Position numbers and translations under genes: made by a program
NCBI RefSeq assembly: GCF_006345805.1
Contig: NW_021832695.1
Location: 1-29,821, forward strand
Direction of reading: 5' to 3'
DNA from: Octopus sinensis
Taxonomy: Eukaryota
DNA length: 29,821 nucleotides
The notes under the pieces: generated by a model
Seen by the model: the letters and a program-made list of their open reading frames with translations, nothing else
Told to the model about the DNA's origin: nothing
The model's database searches: none
Shown here: positions 9,670 through 22,619 of the stretch, piece after piece
Numbering within the stretch: position 1 is the stretch's first letter
Layout: the number at the start of each line of letters is the position of its first letter

Positions 9670-12099
9670 CGGCGAACAATCAAAACACATACATTGAGTA
9701 TGTACAATCGATAATGTTTACAACATTAGCTCTGCTTCTGATTCATAAGTGAAAATATGTGAATCCATCATATATATATTCATAATTGAATATATATGAT
9801 GGATTCTTCTGTCGTGAATGACAACTGAGAGTTCAGTAAAATAAAGCGTTAATCATGTTCTATTAACTCTCAGATATTCTGTTGCCTCTCTACGTTTTCT
9901 ACTGTTACTATAAAAGCTTCTGCTTCTCTGAATTAGCATACTACATACAAATTTACTCCCAGTCCCGTCTGATTTACTCATTTCTTTTGCTGCTGTCATT
10001 TCTACTGTCTCACCTTCAAACTCTGTACAGAACACTTACCCAATTAATTCTTTATATCTCATTTATATCTACTTCTGTGGCCACATTAACCGGAGAGGCA
10101 TTAAACATTAACTTCATTGCCTTCATTAGACTGACACTACCTGCAGAGCTCAAGAACGTCGTTCCATTACTTCCGACAATGAACGAAATTTTTTATGTAG
10201 TAAAAACAGTCAATACTGAAAGCTTTTAATATGGTTTTGTTGTGGTTGTTGCTCTGATCAATTCTAATCAGCCAGGATCAACCCTTGTCAGCATTGGCCA
10301 GAATTAAAGCAGACTATCGAATATATCAGATATATCGAATATATCCTCAAACGGTCACTCAAGCTGAAATAAACATTTTGTCAGACGTCCAACATGTCAA
10401 TTTGATCAAGTAACATAGTTTGACTGACCTTCTACTGTTCGTCACCAATGCCCCTTGTCTTTATGGTTAAACTATTCTTCTATAATTAATTATTGAAACA
10501 AACGAAGTTGTTGTTCTAAATACTCGGAAAATTGTATTTTAAGCAGATTCAGTTTCTAAATTCAATATGTTGACTAAGTTTGATCTCCTATGGAAAATTT
10601 CCCAGTGATACCTTCTGCAAAACAGAGTTATAGTTAAGTGGGGGGGCTTTCATGCTTAACGCAATTAGTAATAATGTTTTAATCTATTGAAACTCGATAC
10701 GTCATTAAAAGAAAAGTAATTAAATTTATGACAATTCTTGTCAAGAAAGGCTAGAAAAAATACTTCGAAATACAAATTTATTAAATGTAGATGAAAAATA
10801 GTGATTTGGCAGAGTTCTGACGCTCTGAGCTCTTAGTTCAAATCCCACTGAAATCAACTTTTTCTTTTACCTATTCGTGATCAATAAATAAAATATCTTC
10901 AAAGAAGAAATCAGCTATGACCAGCCTGATTCACAATCAGAAATTTGGAGACTCATGTTCTAGCACAACAGTCGGGCTGAAGCAAAACCAGTCTTTTTCA
11001 TACTTACTAATAGGCCGAAACTACTCTTGTATTGATGGACACTCCACCCGCTCGACTTATTTTGAAAGACATTACCCTGAAGAAATGCAAACGGCTTTGG
11101 AACGAGTGCACAGCTGTTTTATTCCATGGTTAACCGGAAGTGAGGTTGAGCTGTCATTCTCATGTCAGAGTGTCGAAGACATACCGTCGTAGAACTGCTT
11201 GCGCATTTTCACGAACATTCTCCACAAATGGTTTCAATGCAGTCTTAACAGAAAGATTAGGAAGAATTGGATGAAACTTTAAAAAATTTCCACAAATTGT
11301 TTCGGATACACACAACTTTTGAACAGTGTCTGTGGTGGGAGAACACGACGGAAGTAAGAAATTTTTGATAAAAACAGTGACAGTTCTGGGGCATTATTCT
11401 TGAAAGCTACGAACTACGCCTGATCATGATCGGTAACAATGCGTAGATATATTTGTGCTGTTCAAACAAGGCTAAATTAGAATCAAGCAAAATGTATTAC
11501 CATATATGTGTGAATGAATCACTGTTAGTAGGGAGATAACTCTGATGGGACGAACCATACTGCTGCTGCTTTAAGAGTGTTGTAGTTCTGATTAGTTCTC
11601 ATTGTACATCAATCATCACATATCTATATTTGTCATTCACTTTTTAAGAAAGATAGAATGTACTGTGGAGGAGATTTGAGCGGGTTACGCAGCCGCGCAG
11701 AGGTTGCCTCGTTGGTTACATTCACATTGTTATTGTAGCTGTTGTCATTGATCTTGCTGCTACTGTTGCTGTTGTTGCGGTTGGCTGTTGTTGTTGTTGT
11801 GGTTACTCATGCTCGTAGTATTCTTGCTGCAGTTGTGACGCCTATTGTTTGTTGTTGTTACTGTTGTTACTTCGCTATTGTTTAGTTCTATGTCAACCAC
11901 GACCAAGAAGACCTACGATGAGAAAACTTTCCATCTAGGAACACTCCGTTCTTTAATCCTCACATTCTGCGTCTAATACACTATCCAATGTTTTTATTTT
12001 CTTTTGTAGCTTAAATTTGAAGTAGATTTAACTGCTATTTCTAACAGATGGATGGACCACTGAACGCCATTTTCTGCAATATCATAGCGTTCGATACAA

Positions 12100-12229
12100 A
12101 CATACATACATACATACATACATACATACATACATACATACATACATACATACATACATACATACATACATAGCTGCATACATATATACATATACATGTA
12201 TGTGTGTGTGCGTGTGTGCGAGAGAGAGG

Positions 12230-12277
<48 letters not shown>

Positions 12278-12330
12278 ATGTATGTATGTATGTATGTATG
12301 TATGTATGCATGCATGAATGTATGTATATG
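12100..12330. repeat. Compound microsatellite (CATA)n...(TG)n(TATG)n
   Basis: Directly visible; the outer tracts are mutually complementary. Confidence 0.9.
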
Positions 12331-12333
12331 TCA

Positions 12334-12411
12334 GATCACTTTCGAGTGCTACTGGTAACATGTAACCCAGTACAACCTGTTGCATGGTCGGGTCGTCGGC
12401 GACTAAACCGG
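12334..12411 (+). ncRNA. Degenerate HDV-like ribozyme
   Basis: P1 GATCACT (12334-40)/..TGGTC (to 12389); P2 CCAGT/ACCGG; L3 CC (12376-77) with GG (12390-91) as P1.1; P4 TCG-TCGG-CGA; J4/2 CTAA (12403-06). The P3/L3/P1' region is 2 nt short of canonical. Confidence 0.45.
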
Positions 12412-12885
12412 CAACACCACCAAGCTTGCTTGGTGAGGAGGGTGTTTATTGGACACCCTGCGGGATGAAAAACAAAACTCGTCAAAGAGCGGAGGAACTC
12501 TTGAGAGTCAACGGCCATCCAATAAATGTCTTAAGGATGTATCATGCGCGGGGACATAGAAATAATCGGACTGAATACCCGATCGCGCGGTTAATCCATT
12601 GGGAGTGAAGGACTCCTAGCCTTTATTAGGGCATCCTTCTAGGAGAAAGTAACTCAGCTAACTGGGATAAGTCCGACATAAAACCTGCGGCTCAGTGGTT
12701 ACCGATGATGTTGACTTGTTCTTCTTTTCGGATTATGGCTGCTGTTGCTTGGTGAGTGGGATTGACTCAGTGCACAGCCTTTCCTCACTTTAAAAAAAAT
12801 CTTCTTGCACAGGCATTGCACGATAACAACATTGATTAAGCTTCCTGCAATGGCCATACTCGATAACGAGGGGGCAGCCACCATG
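12334..12885 (+). mobile_element. Non-coding retroelement, probably RTE-related and non-autonomous
   Basis: Bounded by (TATG)n tracts, with a second partial copy at 24656-24798 (minus). Contains GGGCATCCTTCTAGGAGAAAGTAACTC, reminiscent of RTE 5' UTRs (from memory). Confidence 0.6.
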
Positions 12886-13441
12886 TATGTATGTATGTAT
12901 GTAAGACTATGCTGATGGGAGTTTGAAATCTGATATCCACCAATTTTTCAACTCATTTACATAGATATAGTGGAGAGAAAAAATACTTCTCTGATAAAGA
13001 AAAATTTTCTATTCTTTTAATGACTCATTATCACACACCACTTATCATCTTTGATACTCTGACGCAGGCCGGTGTTCATTATAGACCTTAAAGGTTATTA
13101 GTTTTTGTTACACAATCTCTGAAATTGCGATAAGGTAATATGCTTACAAAAGTTTTCTTTATATAATGGACATTATTGTTAATGAGTTACGCGTAAGATG
13201 ACATAGCAAAATATTTTATGAACAAGTTTCCTATCTTCATTTTACTGTATGTACAATGTGATCTTTATAACTATGGAGAAAAAGGAACTTGGACTTTAAC
13301 ATATATCCTACTTAAGAATGGGCATGAAGTTCTAAATACTGGGTACATGTTAGGCACTCTATAATTATACGTGTATGTGTGTGTATCTATCTATCTTTCT
13401 GTTTATATATATATATCTATCTATATATCTATCTCTCTGTC

Positions 13442-13489
<48 letters not shown>

Positions 13490-13491
<2 letters not shown>

Positions 13492-15125
13492 CACCTTGAT
13501 CACCTTGACCGACCAGTCCGTCAGGCATCCATTTGACACCGCTGGTCACAGCACGCTGTCCACTCCACTCTGGATCGCGCCTTTCTCATCCACGTGATCC
13601 CAATCGTCCTCCTGAAATCGTAACTCCACCGTCGTGGAGGTCTTCCAGGTGGTCTTTTCCGCTCGCGCGGGTACCACTCGACAACTGCGTGCGTCCACCG
13701 ATTATCGGTGAGCCGGGCGACGTGTCCAGCCCATCTATACTTGCTGCGTGTATACTCTGCGATGACATCTCTCACGCCGGACTTCTTTCTGATGATCTCG
13801 CTACTTATGTGCTCTCTCAACGAGATACCAAGCATTGACCTTTCCATGGCTCATTGAGCCGTTACCAGTCTCTGCTCTTCTCTCTTTGTGGTAGCCCATG
13901 TTTCACTACCATATAACATTGCAGGCAGAACTGGACTGTTAATGAGGTTGGCGCGGGTGGTCCTGTCCAACCTTCCCTTGAGCACATCCCTTATGCCATT
14001 GAACGCCTTCCATCCGGCCCTTACTCTCCGTGAGATCTCCTTTTCAATATCTCGGCACATATTCACTTCCTGTCCCAGGTAGACATATTCCTTTACCTCC
14101 TCTATTTCATCACTGCTGATCACCATTCGACCTGTTGGTACGTTGTCTGACCGCATTAACTTTGTTTTCATGCGGTTCATCTTGAGACCCACTGCAGAGC
14201 TTTTGATGTCGAGCTCCGTCAGCATGGTCCGAAGCTGATCCGTGTTTTCAGCGATGAGTACGATGTCGTCAGCGAAACGGAGGTGGGTGAGGAGCTCGCC
14301 ATTGATGTTGACACCACCTTGCCAGTCGATTCCTCTGATGATCTGTTCGAGACATGCAGTGAAAAGTTTTGGGGAGATTGTATCTCCTTACTTCACTCCC
14401 TTCTCGACCGGCACTCGTATGGGTGATGACAGTAGAGCTATGTCGGTGGTGTATCCGGAATTTGCCTCTCTGAGCAGCTGCACATATTGCGCTTCGACTC
14501 CTTGCCTCTGCAGCGAGTTCAACACTACGTTGGTTTCGACGCTATCGAAGGCCTTCTCATAATCTATAAACGCAACGCAAAGAGGCAGCTTGTACTCATT
14601 TGCTCGCTCAAGCAGTTGCGTTAGAGTAAATATATGGTCCATCGTGCTGTAGTTCTTCCGGAAGCCTGCTTTTTCCCTCGGTTGTTATTCGTCGAGACGA
14701 CGTGATAACCTGTTCAGAATTATCTTCGTGAACAGCTTGTATACGTGAGACAGCAGGCATATGGGTCGGTAGTTCTTTAGATCTTCTCTGTCCAACCTGG
14801 TATTTGACTCTTTCCACTGCGAGAGAATTCTTCCCTCGTCTAGATAGTGTGTAAATCGCTCAGCGAGGATTTTCCAGAGCTGCTCCCTGCCTGACTTTAG
14901 CACTGCCGATGTTATACCGTCTTTCCCTAGAACCTTTCCGTTTTTCATCGAGCCGATGGCTCTTTCAACCTCACTGACAAGGATAGGTGGCACGTTTTCT
15001 TCCTGTTGGAGTGGTGGTAACGGCTGGACATTTCTGGTAGACTTAAAGAGTTTGGTGTAGAAGTTTTCGCAAACTTTTTCCATCTCGCTCTTCTTATTGA
15101 CCGGTATTCCATCTGTATTTTTCAT
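13490..15125 (-). mobile_element. 5'-truncated RTE-clade LINE: RT domain and C-terminus in one frame with three premature stops
   Basis: NYRPICLLSHVYKLFTKII, QPREKAGFR, FIDYEKAFDSV, GVK*GDTISPKLF, LRFADDIVL, YVYLGQ, WAGHVAR..RPPGRPPRRW. 3' tail (CAAGGTGAT)2. Confidence 0.95.
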
Positions 15126-15862
15126 ATATATATGAATGTATGTACAAACGTATGTATATGTATATAGGTGTACAATTCACTGTGCACAAAATTTTATGCT
15201 AATGCATGTGTGTTTATATTTTATCCACCACCTTTTGAATATTTTTCTGCCCCCTGTAACCATACACGTTGTACATCTATCCGTCTCTTGTTCCCCTCGT
15301 TCTATTTTTGCCATTTTACATACACACACACATGCGCGCACACACATACCCACGCACACACATACACACTGTCACCACTTTTCTTGTAAAAGTATAATAA
15401 ATATATACTCTCCAAAAGTAATCCTTTAGCATGTAAGATATAAAATTATTGTTCTTTATAAAAAACATAAAAATAAACAGTAATATATATATATATATAT
15501 ATATATACTGCATATGCACACACACACACACATATATATGTATGTACGTATGTTTGTACGCATGTATGCATGTGTGTGTGTTGTGTGTGTGTGATAGACT
15601 TGGAAAACTATAATTGAGTGGGGGTGGCTGACAGACTTAATGAAGTGAGCAAAAGTTAATCAATTTATATTGCACTCATAATGAAGAGAAAAATCTTTAA
15701 CTTTGATGATAATTCTTAAAAGAGTTAAGGAAGATAGCTACAAAATTTTAATTTATTGGAAATTGAAAAGGACATCAAAGACTATAGCCAGGTTTCGATA
15801 GTGATTTGTGGCTTCGATAGTGATTTGTGATTTGATGTTATAGCAAGTCCTGGCGGCTTTAC

Positions 15863-15977
15863 CCTTATTTGGCTCCAATCCCGCATATCATCGTGTACTG
15901 GATCAGCATAGGCCTGGGGTGGTGGCGACAGCATTCTCTCGAAAATGCTGAAGGCATTTTTAAAGTAATTGTTTGGT
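15863..15977 (-). CDS. Candidate isolated internal exon of an unknown gene
   Basis: TGTCGCCTTGCAG|exon|GTAAAG; open 38-codon frame PNNYFKNAFSIFERMLSPPPQAYADPVHDDMRDWSQIR. No homology recognised. Confidence 0.2.
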
Positions 15978-16799
15978 CTGCAAGGCGACACGATACAGCG
16001 TTTTGCATTCGATCTAGCATGTAGTTTAAAACGACTTTAATACATTGCAACGATTAGAGGTATCCAAGTAATGCATAACAATTTCTTCTAATCATTTTGA
16101 ATCCATCAATCGGCAGTGCAAGCTAATCTATTCACAATGTTTCTGAATATAGTTTCCATTATTTTTAAAGTCTTCCTCATTTATTAGTTTCTATTGTGGT
16201 TTCCTCTTCGTATATTCTAACTCAGAATTTTAGTAACTTATCTTTGTCTGATACTAAACCACTTAGTCGCTTTGTAATATTTACTATAGGCTGAAACCGC
16301 ATCATTTTGAATAAGAAAAGAGTTCTTACTTTACTTTGTTATATATTCAAATATTACTTTTCAGTACCTGAATTCAATTTTCTTCATTGTGATCGTTTAT
16401 TTGTAACCCATTAAAGTAAGAATTTACGGTTGAAAGCTATCATAAAACCTCAAATTTCTCCGACGAGAAAACAACAATGACAACAACAAGAACAACAACA
16501 GTGATGACGACAACAACGATGACGGTGACGAGAGTGGCGACAAAAATGTGAAGAGAGGGAAGAACACTACTGTTATGGACACCAGTATTTTCTTTGCTGT
16601 TGCAACATCTGAAAAATTTTCTCACAACCATTCTGTCGACGACACCACCTAATATAATTGGGGGTTTTTTTTCTCCATTTCTTCCATCTCTACCACGTTT
16701 ACCCTGGTTGCTGAAATCACCAGCAACAACAGTAGCAGTAGTAGCTGTAGCAGCATAAACAACAGCAAGAGTACTGAAAGGGCCAGTTCCTTTGTAGAA

Positions 16800-17450
16800 G
16801 CTGAAAAACGATCGAACATGTCTCGCAGAAGGAGGAACAAAGGGACGCGAGAGGCCCAGAGAGGTGACAGGAAAACTCCATTGGCAGTGTTAGCTTAGCT
16901 CCTGGAGAAAATGGCTACAAGAACAGTTATTATACAGTTGTGAGTCGGTTAAGAGCTGACAAGTAGAAAAGACCACAGATGCCCTTGTGGGAAAGTGCCT
17001 GAGAGGAATATAGACTAATATCGACTTCATCGCTCAAGCCAGATAATATGAGTGGGAAAGTAAAATTCGTTCGAAATCTCTTGCACAGAGGCATTCCAAT
17101 GTCCCATGGAGGAATGAGAATTTTGCTTTCATACTCACATACATGAGCTGGAAAGTGATGAAAGTGAAGATTTTGGATGTGCTGCTATGATTGAACACCT
17201 GCGGTAGGTGACATGCATATTCATAGAAGTATTGAACACGTTCCTGGACATTAAAAAAAATTTGCCTGATAAACTGGTCCAGAACTGGAGTAGAATCCTT
17301 GATCCAGATACAATCAGAAAACCTAGGGAAGAATCTGGACTTATTGCACTTCATAATTGAAATCCAACAGTATGCTATGGTAGATGTTAGAAGGCCTAGA
17401 TTCCACAAACGCGATATCACCAACGACATGAGTGTCATCTTCTCACACTA
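16800..17450 (+). pseudogene. Highly decayed ORF1 (gag-like) of an L1/Tx1-type LINE
   Basis: Stop-riddled frames give NIDFIAQAR*...AQRHSNVPW..FILTYMSWKVMKVKI and VDVRRPRFHK (decayed knuckle context), flanked by AAC/AGC-rich low-complexity coding-like tracts. Family call is from memory. Confidence 0.35.
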
Positions 17451-19283
17451 GTGAGTAACAGAATGAAAGTCAGTGCCGCTTCCAACATAACCACAGCAGA
17501 AATAACCACTACAAGACTACGAGCAGCAACAGCAAAATCATCAAAAACAAAAGCAGTAGCAATAACAACAACAACAACAACAACAATGGCTGCAGCAACT
17601 ACAATAGAAGCAACATAGACTCTCATATATCAACAACATCAGCAAGCAGCAGAAATAGCCACCCAAAACAACAGTTCCGGCTCCACCAACCAAAAAAAGC
17701 CCATCTCAATCAAATAGAGCTCTCCTTCATCTACAAAGCCATCAAGTATGAAAACACACACATGCAAACTCACACACAGACAGAGACATACACGCACACA
17801 CACATCGTTTCCTTCTAACTCAGCTCAACATACTCTGAGGTCTTGTGCGACGTGGTGGAAACGAACCCGTCACAAGAGGCCATTGACAGAACATAGAAAC
17901 AATGAAATGTGATCCCAAGCTTAAGCATCGACTAATCTCTCGCCACCACCTTTAAAACTACAGTAACAAATCATAAGCAAAACTCACAAATACAACCATA
18001 AACACCAGTCAAGTATTTAAGTATAGATGTAAAATTACCTATCATACTCAGTTCCTTACATCAACACCAATAAGACCCTAGTTGAAGCTACGGAAGTTCA
18101 ACAAACCCTGTCACACTCCTCTATAAACACTAAGACATTGTGTCAGACATTGGAAGTAACTTTGTAGAATGGTTATGAGTTGATGGTGTCATATCATCCC
18201 TATTACACTAATTACTGCAATTAACTATCAACTGCGACTAGACTTTAAGCATAATAGCTTTTGTTTCTTTGGGAATATACAATCGAAGTATCTTAACACT
18301 GGGCAACCCCTATTAATTAGCAGAAATTCATCAATTAAAAGGACCAAAAACACTTATTTATTTATAGATTTGTTTGGTTGTTTCATCGTTTGCTTTATTA
18401 CAGTTATTAGCTGATTTTTTTTTCTTTTCCTGTTCAAGTAAAACTATGTGGGAGAGGAAAGAAAGACAGATTAATAGGATCGGTGAAATATTAGACAGCA
18501 CCCAAATGAACTAACCATACCCAAGCAAACAAGCAAACCAAAGTCAAAGAATTCAATGTCCAAACGCTGGGATTGAATCAGTTTTCATTGTTCTAGAGAA
18601 CGCAACGCCTCCACCACTAGGCGGCGCTATTTTATTCAACATCAAACAGTATTTAAAAAAAGAAATGGCTGATAACACAATAAAAGTAATTCGCCACCAC
18701 CGCTACTTCCATTTCATCTTGCCTCATTTCTAACAGAGTTAAACAAGGTCGCCATTAATAACCATCGATTTTCATATCGCTTTACTCAGACATTTTATTT
18801 TAGATTATTTTTTTGCTTGTTTTCCTATAATTTATTCGTAATTTTTATTTGTCGTTATTTTACTTGCATTTATTATTATTAATATTATTGTTGTTGGTGT
18901 TGTTATCGTTGTTGTTGTTTTATCTGGTTTGTCACTCAAAGGATTCAAGCGTTTCCCCACAACGAATGAGTTTCCAGTTTTGTGGATTTTTCCCTTTCAT
19001 GCTCGGAACTATAAAGTACAAATCTATAATAACAACCTGCAACTATGGGTGCATTTCTCCCGATACAAAGCCGTTTATATCTAAAGATGGGCTCCTCAAT
19101 TCCACATCATTTCCTCTCACTTACTATCTTTTCCTCTACCGTCTACTCTCTCTCTCTCTCTCTCCCTATCTCTCTCTCCCCACTCACTCACACAATCAAT
19201 CTAACTTATACACATTACATCTCTCTATTTCACTCAATCACACCATATATATATATATATGTATATATATGATGTATGTATGC

Positions 19284-19339
<56 letters not shown>

Positions 19340-19748
19340 ATATATATACACACATATGTATGTATAAAATATATTATATATGGTATAGGTATATATACGT
19401 ACACATGTATACATTTATATATGCATATATATTATATATATATATGCATCTGTATATGGATATACATATATGCACATATATAATATATATATTGTGTGTG
19501 TGTGGTTGTGGTCCGCCCTTTTTCCCAAGTCGCTCCCTCCGTCTCCCTCTATCGTTCTCTCTATTTTACTCTCTCTCTCTCTCTCACTCTTCTCTCCATC
19601 TAACCATGTCTATTTCCATTCTTCTCCTTACCTGACTCCTTTACTAGTCCTTCCCCACTTCTTTTTTTAGAAACTACACATACAACACACACACACACAC
19701 CACACACACACACACACACCACCACACAACACACACCACACACACACA

Positions 19749-19799
<51 letters not shown>

Positions 19800-19898
19800 A
19801 GTCTTCAAACGCAAATATGCAATTATGAAATCATAAATTTGATGCATATATTTAAAACATATAAATACAATTTATATGTGTATGTGTACATATGTATG

Positions 19899-19957
<59 letters not shown>

Positions 19958-20701
19958 CATGCATACCTTTCTCTCTCTCTCTTTCTCTGTATATATATAT
20001 ATATTATACATATATACATGGATAGATATGCATATACACGCACGTAAATATAGACATGCGTACACACATTCTTGTGTACAAGTGGATGCACTTACACGTA
20101 CATATGCACACAAATAGGAAAAACATCGCATGCGCGCACATACATACATGCACGCACACACACATTTGTTACCATGTTCTTAATATCATTCTTCTGACAG
20201 TGTTGGTGAATGCGTAGGTGTTCGTGTGGGTGTCTGCTTGTGGTTGTGGTGTGTGCATATGTATGTACGACGTTCGTAAATGTTTGTATATACTTATGTA
20301 TGCACGCACATACGTATGTATGCATGTGTCTACGGACAAGCGAAAGCATTTCTATTTGTGCGTATATGTGTATGCCAAAGAGATTCAAAGTTTGTGACGA
20401 TCTGCACTCAGATATGTTGAACTAAATTTGACACGTCTTTATGGGTATTTAGTCTCTCGTTAAGTTTAATAAAAGGCATTCCAGACATGACCATTGCGTC
20501 TGTGTGTGTGTGTAAATATATGTGTGTAGATGTATATGTGTGTGCGCTCCTGTATATAGATGCATACTTACAAACATAGAGATAAATAGAGATACTTAGA
20601 TAAATAGATGGACAAGAGGATATATATATATAATATATATAATGTAATGTAATGTAATATAACATTATATGATATAATGTATGTATATATGAATGTATAT
20701 A

Positions 20702-20770
<69 letters not shown>

Positions 20771-20919
20771 GTGTCTATGTATATAAACATATATATATAT
20801 ATATATATATATATAAGTATTATATATATACACATGTCTATGTGTATGTATATGAGGTTTGCTGTTGTGATCTGACGTCTCTATAATATATTGTGTATAT
20901 ATAAGCGGTTGCTTTGCGT

Positions 20920-21240
20920 GCGCAGTGTACCATTGGTATGATAGTGTATCAGCTACGTACTGTTCGATTCTGATGTTAATATATGCTTTAGTATTTCTAT
21001 TGATGATGGCTTCTTTCTTTCTCAGGTTCCCAATGTTTCGTTCTGTGGTTTCAATCGAAGCCTGGACGTCTTGGGTGTGACATTTCCATAGATATCTTTT
21101 GACGGAAGAAGCACAAGCATGGAGGTGTTCTATAATCCATATGTCCACTGAAAGATTTATTACATTTACTACATCTATTTCACACATCACGTATATCTGC
21201 GGACATATATTTCCATCGTTGATCAAGCACTTGGGCAATT
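20920..21240 (-). pseudogene. Decayed GIY-YIG endonuclease of a Penelope-like element
   Basis: CPQIYV...[18 protein letters not shown]...[16 protein letters not shown]...YIN.R resembles the PLE endonuclease pattern. It lies downstream of the PLE RT fragment on the same strand. Confidence 0.5.
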
Positions 21241-21449
21241 GTGCATATGATATTGTTTTGTGTTGGCTTCTTTTCTTTTTTTTTTTTTGTTATGTGCCTC
21301 CTGATTTTAATGACGTCTCTGGGACCACTAACCTGGAATTACCCTAGCCTCATCCTGCAAGAGCATGAAGCAGCAGCAGCAGCCTCCTGATGTGCTACGA
21401 GTATATTCAGTTCCTCCCTTCGGATCATCCAACAGCAGATTTATTTTTC

Positions 21450-21830
21450 GTTAAAATGTTAGCAGTTTCGATAATCTCTTGTTATTCTAGGATGTGAGGA
21501 TTTTGTTAGATCTGGTGATGCCCTGGCAATTAAGCGTGTGAGAGGGAGCAATGGTTCGGTTTGTAAGTTGATATCTCAGAGGAGGGCAGGGACAGATTTG
21601 TATAAGGAAACAAGGTCTAAGCTAAAAGGAAAATTATTTTTGCTAAGTATAGATGGGTTGAGAACTCTCAGTCGGTTAAAAACTTTGGTGGAGCTTTCAA
21701 CATGCTCTTGGAAGGTTTGAAGTAGTGGCTTGCGAATTTTTAGATAGCAGCCAAGAGATTTTGTAGAAGCGTTCATTAATACGGAAACAACACAGAAAGA
21801 ATTCTGTGATATTGTTAAAAATAGATACGA
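21450..21830 (-). pseudogene. Penelope-like RT fragment (frameshifted)
   Basis: VVS.IN..FYKISWLLSK/IRKPLL...SLDLVSLYKSVP (PLE motif S.DV.SLYT.IP). Confidence 0.7.
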
Positions 21831-21897
21831 CAAGATGACTGGCATTCGACGACCTAAACAACATTACTTTGATGTGAAAGAGTCAGTAACACCACAA

Positions 21898-22592
21898 GTT
21901 AGTTAGTTAATTTTTTGGCTCAAAAAGCAAAAAGCAAGGCCATGTAGGGGGACATGGAGTTATGTACAGGGTGGTGTTCATGTAAAGAGTTCAGGCCACT
22001 TGTGGTCAAGGGAGATTTTTAACCGAGCGGTCGTCGGCATCTTCACTATCTTGTCCGGCAGCTTATTCCACGGATCCGCAACCCGGACGGAGAAAGCCCC
22101 TCTCCTTCCATTGAGATGAAATCGTTGCAGCTTTTCGGAGTGACCCCGCAGCCGACGCTCTGGAGCAGGAGTGAAGAACAGCTCTTTCGAGAGGTTACAC
22201 TTTCCGCTTATGATGTTGTGAGCAAGAATGAGATCACCACGGCGTCGTCGTTTTTCTAGAGAATAAAGGCCGAGCGTCTTCAGCCTTTCTTCATAAGACA
22301 AATGCTTGAGACCAAGAACCATGCGGGTAGCCAGCTTCTGGACTCTTTCGAGATATTGTATGTCTTTGAGAAGATAAGGAGAAGAGGCTTGAATCCCGTA
22401 CTCCAATATGGGTCTCACCAGCGTGACATAGAGCGGTAGGAATATGGCTGCTGTGAGCATTCCGAATGACCGTCGAATCAAAAACAGAACTCCGCGTGCT
22501 TTGTTGGCAGCATGGACGCACTGGGCCGAAGGCGAAAAGGAAGAATCCGCCAAGATACCCAGGTCCTTTACCAGGTCGGTCCTCTCCAGGTT
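21898..22592 (-). mobile_element. 5'-truncated CR1-clade LINE (ORF2 C-terminus, 3' UTR, (TAAC)n tail)
   Basis: KDLGI..S.S.QC..AANKAR, LYVTLVRPILEYG, LERVQKLATR, YEERLK.LGLYSLEKRR.RGDLI, LRGH, FSVRV...WN.LP. Open frame to the stop at 21978. Confidence 0.92.
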
Positions 22593-22619
22593 ACCATAAA
22601 CATCTGTTGGACGATCATC

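Noticed and set aside
12400-12446. Twister-like appearance (TAA..GC..CCAAGC..GGAGGG)
   Set aside because: Loop lengths and pseudoknot pairings do not fit, and the motif is not kept in the second copy. The HDV-like fold explains the region better.
13218-13364. 48-codon ORF MNKFPIFILLYVQC... with a signal-peptide-like start
   Set aside because: Too short, with no homology or supporting context.
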